Shown in pieces: positions 1 to 13,877 of a stretch of DNA of 64,000 bases (positions are counted from its first letter, which is position 1; every line of letters begins with the position of its first letter). Position numbers and translations under genes: made by a program. The notes under the pieces were generated by a model. That model did not search any database and was not told the origin of the DNA. It saw nothing but the letters and a program-made list of their open reading frames with translations. Origin of the DNA: the human T2T-CHM13v2.0 reference genome, Homo sapiens; assembly GCF_009914755.1 (NCBI RefSeq), contig NC_060928.1; one strand, 5' to 3'.

Positions 1-614
1 AATAAATACAGTTCTATAACACCCCCAAAAGATCACACTAACTCTCCAGCAGTAGATCCAAATCAAAATGAAATATTTGAAATACATGACAAAGAATTAA
101 AAAGGTTAATTATTAAGTTGTTCAAGGAGATACAAGAGAAACAAACATAAAGAAATTAAATCAACATAAAGAAATTAAAACCAACTTAAATTTTAAAAGC
201 CAACATAAAAAATTTTAGAAAATCAGGATATAAATGAAAAATTTTCTAAACAGATACCTATTTTAAAGAAAATCCAATCAGAACTTCTGGAAATGAAAGA
301 CACATTTAGGAAACTACAAAATGCAGTGGAAAGTCCTAATGATAGAATAGACCAACTAGAAGAAAGAATTTCAGAGCCTAAAGACAAGGCTTTTGAATTA
401 ACCCAATCAGATAAATATAAAGGAGAAAAGAATTAAAAGCAATAATCAAAGTCTCCAAAAAATATGGGATTATATAAATTGGCAAAACCTAAGAAATATA
501 GGTGCTCCTGAGGCTGAAGAAAAAGTTAAAATTTGGAAAACTTATTTGAGGGAATGATTGAGGAAAATTTCTCTGGCCTTGCTAGAAATCTAGACATCCA
601 AATATGAGAAGCAA

Positions 615-908
<294 letters not shown>

Positions 909-2082
909 AGAAGCTCAATATTAATGTCAAATGCAAATAGTCTAAATGATCAACTTAAAAGATACAGATTGGTAGAATGGATTCAAAAAGGGCATCACCA
1001 AGGCATATAGTCACCAGGTTATCCAATCAATATGGAGGAAAGAATTTTAAGAGTAGTGAGACCAAATATCAAGTAACATATAAAGGAAAACTTATCAGAC
1101 CAACAGCAGACTTCTCAGCAGAAACCTTATAAGCCATTAGGGACTGGGGTCCTGACTTCAGTCTCCTTAAACAGAAAAAAACTGTCAGTCGAGAATTCTG
1201 TATCTAGCAATACTAAGTTGAATAAATAAAGGAGAAATAAAGTCTTTCTTAAACAAGCAAATGCTGAGTGAATTTGTCAACGATAAACCAATTCTACAAT
1301 AAATGCTAAAAGGGGTTCCAAATCTTGAACCAAAAGGTGTATATACACCAGAATGGAAACTCCTGAAAGCATAACATTCACGGGGCTTATAAAACAATAA
1401 CACAATTACAAAATCAACACATGGCTGGAAGAATATTTCACATCTCAATATTAATGTCAAATGCAAATGCCCTAAATGATACATTTAAAAGGTAGATTGG
1501 CAGAATCGACTTAAAAAAATCAAAGACCAAATATCTGCTATCTTCAGGAGACACAGCTAACATATAAGGATTCTTATAGACTCAAGATAAAGATGTGGAT
1601 AAAAGTATTTCATGCAAATGGAGACCAAAAGTGAGTGGGAGCAGCTATTATTATATCAGATAAAACAGACTTTAATGCAACAACAGTAAAAAAAGAGAAA
1701 GAAGGGCATTATAAATTGATGAAAGGATCAATTCAACAAGAAGATATAACAATCCTAAATATATGTGTATCTAATGCTAGAGCGCCCAGATTCATAAAGC
1801 AATTACTAGACCTAAGAAAGGATATACAGCAACACAATAGTGGGGGACTTTAACACTCAACTGACAGCACTAGACAGATCATCAAGGCTGAAAGTCAAAA
1901 AAGAAACACTGGACTTAAACTATACTCTAGAACAAATGGACCTAGCAGACATTTACAGAACACTCTACCTAAGAACTACGGAATATACATTCTTCTCATT
2001 AGCACACAGAACATTCTCCAAGATAGACCATATGATAGGTCACAAAACAAGTCTCAATAAATTTTAAGAAATAAAAATCATA

Positions 2083-2390
2083 GGCCAGGCACGGTGACTC
2101 ACGCCTGTAATCCCAGCACTTTGGAAGGCCGAGGTGGGCGGATCATGAGGTCAGGAGTTCCAGACCAGCCTGGCCAACACGGCGAGACTCTGTCTCTACT
2201 AAAAATTAGCTGGGCATGGTGGTGGGTGCCTATAATCCCAGCTACTCAGGAGGCTGAGGCAAGAGAATCACCTGAGCCCGGGAGGCGGAGGTTGCAGTGA
2301 GCCAAGATCACGCCATTGCACCACTCCAGCCTGGGCGACAGGGTAAGACTCCATCTCAAAAAAAAAAAAAAAAAAAGAAAAAGAAAAAGA
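2083..2390 (+). mobile_element. AluS-type element in L1 ORF2
   Basis: GGCCAGGCACGGTGACTCACGCC start; A-rich tail. Confidence 0.95.
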
Positions 2391-2756
2391 AAAAAAAATC
2401 CTATCAAGTATCTTCTCAGACCATAGAGGAATAAAACTAGAAACGAATTCCAAAAGGAACCCTTAAAACTACAAATATACATGGAAATTAAACAATCAAC
2501 TCCTGAATGATTTTTGGCTTAACAATGAAATCAAGATGGAAATTTAAAATTTTTTTGAAATGAATGATAAGAGTGACATAAGTTATCAAAACCTCCAGAA
2601 TACAGCAAAAGCAGTAAGAGGAAAGTTTACAGTGCTAAACGCCTACATCAAAAATTATTAAAAGTCACAAATTGACAACCTAACATCCTCGCTAGAAGAA
2701 CTAGAAAAATAAGAACATACCGAAGCCAAATCTAGTAGAAGAAAATGAATAACTTG

Positions 2757-3097
2757 GGGTCAGGGGTGGTGGCTCACGTCTGTAATCCCAGCACTTTGGG
2801 AGGGCAAGGTGGGCGGATGACTTCAGCTCAACAGTTTGACACCAGCCTGGGCAACATGGGGAAACCTCATCTCTACTAAAAATACAAAAATTATTTGGGC
2901 ATGGCGGTGTGTGCCTGAAGTCCCTGCTACTTGCTGGGGCTGAGGTGGGAGGATCGCTTGAGCCTTGGAGGTTGATGGAGGCTGCAGTAAGCTGAGATTG
3001 CACCACTGCACTCCAATCTGGCTCACAGAGCAAGACCCTGACAGAATAAATAAATAAATAAATAAATAAGTAAATAAATAAATAAATAAATAAAATA
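2757..3097 (+). mobile_element. AluJ-type element with (TAAA)n tail
   Basis: Diverged dimeric Alu; (TAAA)n from ~3046 to 3097. Confidence 0.92.
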
Positions 3098-3832
3098 AAA
3101 GAAATAACAAAGATTAGAGCAGAGCTAAATGAAATTGAAATAAAACATATACAAAAGATAAATGAAACAAAAAGCTGGTTCTTTGAAAAGATAAAATTGA
3201 TAGACCACTGGCTAGATTAACCAAGAAAAGAAGAGGAAAGGGTCAAATAAGCTCAATTAGAAGTGAAAATGGAGACATTTCAACTGACACCACAGAAATA
3301 CAAGATCATTCGAAACTACAATGAACACCTAAATGCACACAAAACAGAAAATCTAGAGAAAATGAATACATTCCTAGAATCATACAACCCTCTTAGCTTG
3401 AATCAGGAAGAAATAGAAATCCTGAACAGACCAATCACAAGCAATAAGATTGAATCAGGAATAAAATAAATTGCCAACAACAACAAAAAGCCGACAGCCA
3501 GACAGATTCACAACAAAATTTTACCAGACATTCAAAGAAGAATTGGTACTAATTTCACTGAAACGATTCCAAAAGATTAAGAAGGAATCCTCCCTAACTC
3601 ATTCTACAAAGCCAGTTTCACCATGATAACAAAACCCAAGAAAGGCCATAATAAAGGAACGAAACTCCAGGCTAATTTCCCTGATGAATATAGATGCAAA
3701 AATCCTTAACAAAACACCTGCAAATCAAATCCAATAGCATATCAAAACAAAAATAATTCTCCACCATCAGGTGGATTTCATTCCATGGTTACAGGGATAG
3801 TTCAACATATGCAAGTCAATAAATGTGATTCA

Positions 3833-4138
<306 letters not shown>

Positions 4139-6945
4139 TCATCACATAAACAGAATTAAAAACAAAAACCATATGATCATCTCAACAGATGCTGAAAAGT
4201 CATTCAATAAAATCCAGCATCCCCTTGTGATAAAAACCTTCAACAATCTAGGCACAGAAGGAACATACCTCAAAATAATAAAAGTCATATATGACAAACC
4301 CACGGGCAACATCATACTGAATAGGGAAAAGTTGAAAGCATTTCCCTTAAAAGCAAGAACAAGACAAGGATGCCCACTGTCACCACTTCTATTAACATAG
4401 TACTGGAAGTCCTAGCCAGAGCAATCAGACAAGAGAAATAAGTAAAGGGCATCCAAATTGGAAAAGAGGAAATCAAATTATCTCTGTTTGAAAGTGATAT
4501 GATTTCACACCTAGAAATCCCTAAACACTCCTTCAAGACTCCTAGATCGTATAAATGAACTCAGTAAAGTCTCAGTTTCCAAAATCAATATACACTAATC
4601 AATAGCACTGCAATACATCAACAATGACAAAGCTAAGAATCAAATGAAGAACTCAATCCCTTTTAAAATAACTACAAAAAATAAAATACCTAGAAATATA
4701 CTTAACCAAGGAGGTGAAAGATTTCTACAAGGAGAACTACAGAACTGTGCTGAAAGAAATCATAGATGGCACAAACAAACAGAAATATACACCATGCTTG
4801 TGCATTAGAAGAACCAACATTGTGAAGATGACCATACTGCCCAAAACAATGTACAGATTCAGTGCAATTCCTACCAAGATCAGTTTTCACAGAATTAGAA
4901 AAAAAAATCCTAAAATTCATATGAAACCAAAAAGAGCCAAATAGCCAAAGCAATCCTAAGCAAAAAGAATAAATCTGGAGGCATCACATTACCCAACTTC
5001 AGATTATACAAGGCTATAGTGAGCAAAACAGCATGGTACTGGTAAAAGATCAATGGAACAGAATAGAGAATCCAGAAATAAAGACAAAAACTTACAGCCA
5101 ACTGAACTTTGGCACAGTGTACAGAAACATAAATTGGGGAAAGGATGCCCTATTAAACAAATGGTGCTGGGAAAATAGAATAGCCACATGTAGAAGAATG
5201 AAATCGGATCCCTATCTTTCACCATATACAAAAAGTAACTCAGGATGGATTAAACACCTATATTTAACATCTGAAACAAACAAACAAAAAATTCTACAAG
5301 AAAATCTAGAAGAAACGCCTCTGGACATTGGCCTGGGCAAAGAATTTATGATTAAGACCCCAAAAACAAATGCAACAAACACAAAAATAAATACATGGGG
5401 TGTAAGTAAACTAAAAAACTTCTGCATAGCAAGAAGAAATGATCAGCATAAGCAGATGACCTACAGAATGGGAGAAAATATCTGCAAGTTATGCATCTGA
5501 CAAAGGACTAATATCCAGAATATACAAGGGACTCAAACAAATCAGCCAGAAAAAAACAAATAATCCTGTAAAAAAGTGGGCAAAGGCCACGAATAGACAT
5601 TTTTCAACAGAAGATATACAAATGTCCACAAACATGAAAAAAATGCTCAGCATCACTAGTCATCCAAGGAAATGCAAATTAAAACTACAATTAGATACCA
5701 CCTTACCTCAGCCAGAGTGGTCATTAAGAAAAAGTCAAAAAAAACAATATATTTCCATAAGAAAATGGAATGCTTATACACTGCTGGTGGGAATATAAAT
5801 TAATACAACCTCTATGGAAAACAGTATGGAGATTTCTTAAATAACTAAAAATAAAACTACCATTCAATCCAGAAATCCTACTACTTGGGTATTTACCCAA
5901 AGGAAAAGAAGTCACTATATCAAGAAGACACCTGCATGCATATGTTTATCACAGCACAATTCACAATTGAGAAGATATGGAATCTAATATATATTATATT
6001 ATCCACTATATATATATATACACACATATATATTATATATATAATATCTCCCATGGAATACTACTCAGTCATTAAAAAGAATGAAGTAATGTCTTTCGCA
6101 GCAACTTGAATGGAATTAGAGGCCTTATTCTAAGTCAAGTAACTCAGGAATTGAAAACCAGATACAGCATGTTCTCACTTATAAGTGGGAGCTAAGCTGT
6201 GGGTATACAAAGGCATGCAGAATGATATAATTGACATTGGAGATTCAGAAAGAGGGCAGGATGGGAAGGGCATTTAGTGTGAAAAACTACCTATTGGGTA
6301 CAATGTGCACTACTTGGGTGACAGATACACTAAAATCTTAGACTTCACCACTATACAATTCATCCACATAACCAAAACCCACTTGTACCCCTAAAGCTAT
6401 TAAAATTTAAACAATTTAAAAAATGTTAATATCATTATTATTTTGATCAATTTTATATTAATTATTTTAACTGTCAGATCCACTTAGACCTTATGAAAAA
6501 CAAAATTCAAAATTCAATGTGTGTGTGTGTAGTGTGTATACTTGTTGCAGAGAGCTATAATCTTAAAATTCACAGAGAAATATTTAGAATAAAATTCTGT
6601 AGAGGAAGCAATTATGATTTAAATGATAAAACAAAACAATACAAAATTTCTGACTCTTGAGAAGGACCATGTTCTCGAATTTTAAAGTGGTTCATAAAAT
6701 GGTTATAGTATTTATCACCCATTGGACATTTTTAAAGCCAATATTGAAAATATACGAAAGTAATTACTTTGTCATGAATTTAAACTTATATATATTATAT
6801 TTAAACTTAAAAATATGAGAGGGGTATGGCAGAAATAGCTAGCTCTCCACCAGAGATAAATACTTACCTTTCCAAAGGGTAGCGCTGTTGCTGGAAAGTG
6901 GGTTTCCAGGCAGAATTTACATTTCCCAGCACTGGAGCCCAGCCT

Positions 6946-7074
6946 TGCACCCAGGTGGGGCCGTTTAAGCAGCTCTACAAAGGGTATCTGCACCCAGGTG
7001 GGGCCGTTTAAGCAGCTCTACAAAGGGTATCTGCACCCAGGTGGGGCCGTTTAAGCAGCTCTACAAAGGGTATC
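6946..7074. repeat. Perfect tandem repeat, 3 x 43 bp
   Basis: TGCACCCAGGTGGGGCCGTTTAAGCAGCTCTACAAAGGGTATC starting at 6946, 6989 and 7032, with no mismatches. Confidence 0.98.
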
Positions 7075-8019
7075 AGAAAAGGCTGAAGTGATTAAGGAGC
7101 AGGTGTGCCTTGTCCGCCCTCTGAGTAGATCCCAAGGCTCTGAGTGATAGTGGAGCTATAAAATGTAAAGGACCTGAATCTTTCAATCACCCACCTTGGA
7201 ATGCTGCCCACTCTACACCTGCATTGAATTCTTGCATCTGAGAGTAATAAATTTTTATTTTGTTAAGCCCCTGCGATTTGGGGAATTATCTCCTATAATA
7301 CCGAGCATTACCTTAGCTAATACAGATTGATTCCAGAAGTGAAATGCCGCCAAGCAACAACAAACCTAACGTATCCGGCATTGGCTTCCCAGGTGAGTTG
7401 TGGGCAGTGAGGCTAGAAAAGTGGAGGACCCTGTTAAGCAAAGATAAAACATTTGGCGAGTATGTTACCTCCCATGCCTACCGAGACCAATTCCTCTGTG
7501 AAGGGGTTCAAAGATAGAATGATGATGGTATGTTTTGGTGTTCTCTGATTACATCTAGCAAATTATAGAACCAAGAGGTGAGCTCAGGCTGGAATTGGCT
7601 TGTTTGCAATTAAAACTTAAAGAAGAGATAATCCAAAAATGTGGAGCTTTTTGGGTTGGAAAAGTCAACTGCTTCTAGTCTCTAAGCACAGAAAGATAAG
7701 ACTCAGAAATGTTTTCCGCATGAATGATCCATTAACCCTTAGTTATGACACAAATTGCAAGTGTGAGTTCTATCCAAGTCTGCTTTTCTCAGTGTACTCC
7801 CATTACGTTGAAAGAAGAGAGGAATAACGAGTGGGTAGGGTGCAAAATAAAATATCAGGCTTGAAAATTATGACTATTAATGACTTGTGACTTTAAAAAT
7901 ATTTCAGTGTTTTAAAGCAAATGAAATTCACTAGAAGTAAACAGATCAGAGCCTACTAATTTTTTAATACGATGCAGAGCTGAAGAAATCCCAAGTCAGA
8001 ATTTAAAAGCTTTTAACTA

Positions 8020-8505
<486 letters not shown>

Positions 8506-9821
8506 AAGCTTTTAACTGTTTAAGACTTAAGCCTTGGGTTTCAAAGCAACTTGCAATGATAGGACACAGTATGTGTAAACTCCACAACTTCCCAGAAGAT
8601 TTGGCACCAAAAGATGGAGGGTAAGAGACAAAGAAAAAATTCACTAAGTTAGAGAGAGAGGCTCCTGGGCACCATGGTAAAATCACGAATCCCAAACTGA
8701 AGATTTCAATATCAGCAAGGAAATTCCCCACTGCCACGGAAGAGAGACCTCATAATGCCTACAAGGTAGGACTGTCTCATTGCTATTGACCACAGACTGG
8801 TATGTATCCCATTCTTTTCTTTTCCAAATGAGGTATTTTATTGCAGTTTTTCTCTTCTCGCTCATCATTAGAGTGTCCGTGTTTGTGTGTGTGGACACAC
8901 ATAGCAGATAAGAGAGATTGCCTTTTAAGTTCATAGGTCACTAGATCATGAGAAGCCACGTGCATCCTGACAGGGAGGACTGTGCATGTGTTGGTGATTC
9001 TAAATCTAAATTGAGGATAGTAACTACATAGGATTTTGGGATGTTACCGTTGAGTAGGAGTAAAATGTATTCAGTGTGAGGAGCAAGGGATTTATAGGGA
9101 TATTAAGTGTGGCAAAGACAAATGATTTGTCAATCAAAAACTCAGCCTCCCTGTAGTGTGTAGAGTTGTTTCTGGGAGGCATCACCCACAGTTTCTACAT
9201 TTCCCAGTATCCCTTGCATTTAGATAGGGCCATGGGACTAGTCTCACCAGAGGACTACGAGTAAAAATAATGCATGTTACTTCCAGGCTGAAATGTTCAA
9301 GAAGCAGGTATGCCTGCCCCATTCTTTCTTCTTCAGTTCACTGGCTGGAAGTAAATGATTCGAAAGCTATAGACAGGGGAGCTACAAGGTAGAAGGATCC
9401 TGAACAACCTCATGAAAAGCTGCTCACTGAATACAGCACTACATTCTTGTGTGTGTAAAGGAAAAAAAAACTATTGTGTTAAGCCATGAATTTCAGGGGT
9501 TTATCTGAATTCTCTGCTACTCTTACTCAATGATTACAAAGAATACATAGTTATAAAAATTACTTTGTGGGTATAGGAGCAAAACATTTGAAAGCCATTG
9601 ATCTAGTTCAGTTCTACACACACACACACCACACACGAATTTAGGGGCAAATAAAAATTTATGTAAATGTATACATTAAATTTTAAATAATGGTATATCA
9701 TTAGCATGAAATTAGGGCAACCTAAATGCAGGAATTTACCAGTTTATCCTCTTTCGATTTAAATCTAGCAGATTGAGCTTAAAAATGTAGTAGGATCTAA
9801 CAAGACAGTCAACATGTTTTA

Positions 9822-10130
9822 TTTATTTATTCGTTTATTTATTTTTGAGACAGGGTCTCACTCTGTCACTCAGGCTGGTGTGCAGTGGCGTGATCTCAGC
9901 TCACTGCAGCCTCTGCCTCCCACGTTCAAGAGATCCTCCCACTTCAGCCTCCAGGTAGCTGGGACTACAGTCACGCACCACCATGACCGGCTAATTTTTC
10001 TGTATTTTTTGGTAGAGATGGGGTTTCACTATGTTGGCCAGGCTGGCCTCAAACTCCTGATCTCAAGTGATCTTCCTGCCTCGGCCTCCCAAAGTGCTGG
10101 GATTACAGGCGTGAGACACTGCGCCCGGCC
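9822..10130 (-). mobile_element. Alu (J/S type)
   Basis: TSD CAACATGTTTTA at 9810-9821 and 10131-10142. Confidence 0.95.
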
Positions 10131-10425
10131 CAACATGTTTTAGTAGCCTTGTTTCCTTCATAGCACTTGTAAGTGAGAATGAGACAGTGTTTTTTTTAAC
10201 ACATACTTAAGTCACGGTAGTAAGACAAATGATTTTAAGGATTAGTGATAGGAATTAGTAATAAATCCATACATCTGGAAAGCAAAATGCATAGGCTGTT
10301 AGTTACATGCAAATGACTACATGACCATTAGCTACTGTGGGAATAGACCCCAGAAACATCACACCATTGAATAACTATGGAGTTAGAGTGATATCTTTAC
10401 TCACGATTCTTAAAAACAAGCTTTA

Positions 10426-10745
<320 letters not shown>

Positions 10746-10814
10746 AAAACAAGCTTTAGAAGGGAGTAAGTGGCAAGTCGAAATCCTTATTGTAGCAGGG
10801 AAAAATGTAAAATG

Positions 10815-11290
10815 TATGTCATCTGCCTGTTTGTTCTCAAATCCACAGCCTTCCCTTGTGCTGCTCTGCTGTGTAACACAAAGGGCTGGCCCTGAAAATG
10901 ACGTTTTTCGTAACTCCCTTCCTGGCTGAGAGATACTTAATAGGATATTGCAGGGGGAGATTTCAGGGTATTTCCTCCCCCTCCACTCTCTTGGGGTGGC
11001 ATCTCTGACAGTGGCTGTCTCCTCCAGAATTCCACCTCCCACCTGACAGCCCCTGCTCTGTAGCCCCAGCTTTGATTGGCAGCCTCCCATTGGTTCCTTG
11101 GCACTGGTAGTACCCTGAATTGCACCAGTTCTTGAAGTGATAGAGCCTTCCTGCTGTTGCTGGGTTGCCTCATTACCCATGTTTGGCTCTTTAGCTCTTC
11201 CAGGATCTTTGTAACTATTAATAGTTCCCCATATTACATTTCTTCAGGACTCAAATGCTGTTTTCCATATTGGACCTAATAACTGATACA
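10815..11290. mobile_element. Old ERVL-type LTR (LTR33-like)
   Basis: Resembles remembered LTR33/LTR16-family sequence; ends ...ACTGATACA. Confidence 0.45.
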
Positions 11291-11371
11291 TGTCTGCCCT
11301 AACATCTACATAGAATATAATATACTTAAACATGTATATATAAATTTACCAACAACACAATTTCTCAATAA

Positions 11372-11710
<339 letters not shown>

Positions 11711-11814
11711 TGAATGAGTGAATGTTATGTGTGGAAATATTACTTGAAAACTGTGGGGAAAAGAGTTTCATAGTTCAAAGATAACCTTAGAAATCTTGTA
11801 AAATTTAATGTAAT

Positions 11815-12255
11815 TGTCAGGCCTCTGAGCCCAGGCCAGGCCATCGCATCCCCTGTGACTTGCACGTATACATCCAGATGGCCTGAAGTAACTGAAGATC
11901 CACAAAAGAAGTAAAACCAGCCTTAACTGATGACATTCCACCATTGTGATTTGTTCCTGCCCCACCCTAACTGATCAATGTACTTCGTAATCTCCCCCAC
12001 CCTTAAGAAGGTTCTTTGTAATTCTCCCCACCCTTGAGAATGTACTTTGTGAGATCCACCCCTGCCCACCAGAGAACAACCCCCTTTGACTGTAATTTTC
12101 CATTACCTTCCCAAATCCTATAAAACGGCCCCACCCCTATCTCCCTTCGCTGACTCTCTTTTCGGATTCAGCCCACCTGCACCGAGGTGAAATAAACAGC
12201 CATGTTGCTCACACAAAGCCTGTTTGGTGGTCTCTTCACACGGACGCGCATGAAA
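11815..12255 (+). mobile_element. HERV-H solo LTR (LTR7Y-like)
   Basis: TGTCAGGCCTCTGAGCCCAGGCCAGG...CACACGGACGCGCATGAAA; TATAAAA ~12119 and AATAAA ~12191; perfect 5-bp TSD GTAAT at 11810-11814 and 12256-12260. Confidence 0.93.
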
Positions 12256-12330
12256 GTAATTATATGCTGACAATGAGATTTTAGTAAGAAGAATTAGAAA
12301 TGGTACTAATACCAAGGCAGGAGGATTTTT

Positions 12331-12675
12331 AAAAATACACAAAAACTAGCCAGGCATGGTGGCGCATGCCTGTGATCCTAGCTACTTGGGAGGCTGCGGC
12401 CAGAGGATCACTTGAGCTCAGGAAGTTGAGACTGCAGTGAGCCGCATCATGCCACTGCACTCCAGCCTGAGTGACAAAGTGAGACTTTGTCTCAGAAAAA
12501 AAGAAGGAAAGAAGGAAGGAAGGGAGGGAGGGAGGGAGGGAGGGAAGGAAGGAAGGGAAGGAAGGAATGAAGGGAAATGAAAGACAGAAATGAAAGAGAG
12601 AAAGGAAAGAAAGAAAAGAAAAGGAAAGAAAGGAGGAAAGAAAGAAAAGAAAAGGAAAGAAAGAAGGAAGGGAGG
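12331..12675 (+). mobile_element. Alu right monomer with long purine-rich (GGAA/GGGA/GAAA)n tail
   Basis: Right arm 12331-12495; nearly pure purine tract 12493-12675. Confidence 0.9.
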
Positions 12676-13877
12676 CTAATAAGCTTGAATGTAATGGTAG
12701 AATTAAGGTGGTCATATATTCAGAATCTCAAAAACAAAGCAAGTCTAGAGGCAATGATTGCAGTTTTGCAGTCAATATTAAATCAAGTAGCTTTTGAACC
12801 TTTTTCACTGTGTTTCACAATGAGAAATATATTTTATATCAAGAATGAGTACAATCATATATGCATGAGATGCCTCCTGTATTTTCCATTCATTGTCTCC
12901 TCTTTTATCATATCCTATCCAGAGTGATTCAGTTTTTCACACACTTTGAAAACATGGATCTAGGCATGTTATAGGAACCAAGATAGTATGCAAACTTATC
13001 CAAAGGATTAAGACATAACTCATCTTTTATCACTCTGTCTTTCTCTACATACAGTGGCTATTGTTTCTGTCACCTCAGCATGCATTCACCTACTTTCTGG
13101 TAATGACAGCATAATTTTCCTTTTGGAAATTTTCCTTCTCCTTGTTTTAGTCCATAGGACTCATGTCAATGCCCTGCCCACCTCTCCTGTCTCCCTCCCA
13201 CCCCATAATTCTGCCAGCTCTGGGGAGGCATGCCATCTCCTTCTGGGCAGGCAGAGTAGCTATCTCTCTGACCACAAGGACTGTCTCAGTAGTGGGCATA
13301 TAACCTAGGCAAGGCCAAATCAGTTCTTGTTTTGGTGGACTGCAAGCTGCTGGGAATCAGGCCTGTAGATCCGGGAAGTGATCATGTGAAAGAGCTGCCT
13401 AGAAGGGACGCTAACAAGAGAAAAGGAGATGGAGACCTTATGGCAGCAACTGTGACCCTGGATCCAATCACCTTTTCCTATGCACCAGTAAATTTCCCTT
13501 TTGAAATTCTAATTTAAGAAAAACCATCTGATGATGTTTAGTATGTGAAATACCTTGAATTTTTTTCAAAATTTGCATTCTCAGATCTCTTCAGTATGCT
13601 AAATTTATAGAGAGCAAAAGTAAGGAGAAATTGTCATATAATCACTTGAATGTTAAATGATATTACAAGTGTCTAAATTCATTTTTACATGAGAAAATAA
13701 AATTTGTAGGACATTTCAATGCATTATCAAGTCTTGATCTTTTTCTCAATGTCTACGTATTTCTAGTGTTGCTGTTCTGAGAAGTACCAACTTCATTTTA
13801 CTAAGAAAAACACATTGGAAAAATATATATACCATTTACATTAGGATATTCACTGAAAAATACAAGAAACCAAGGTC

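Noticed and set aside
5984-6046. TA-rich patch inside the L1
   Set aside because: Ordinary microsatellite growth at the L1 3' TATATATAC motif.
6946-7074. CRISPR-like array
   Set aside because: The units are head-to-tail with no spacers, in a mammalian locus with no cas genes. It is a tandem duplication.
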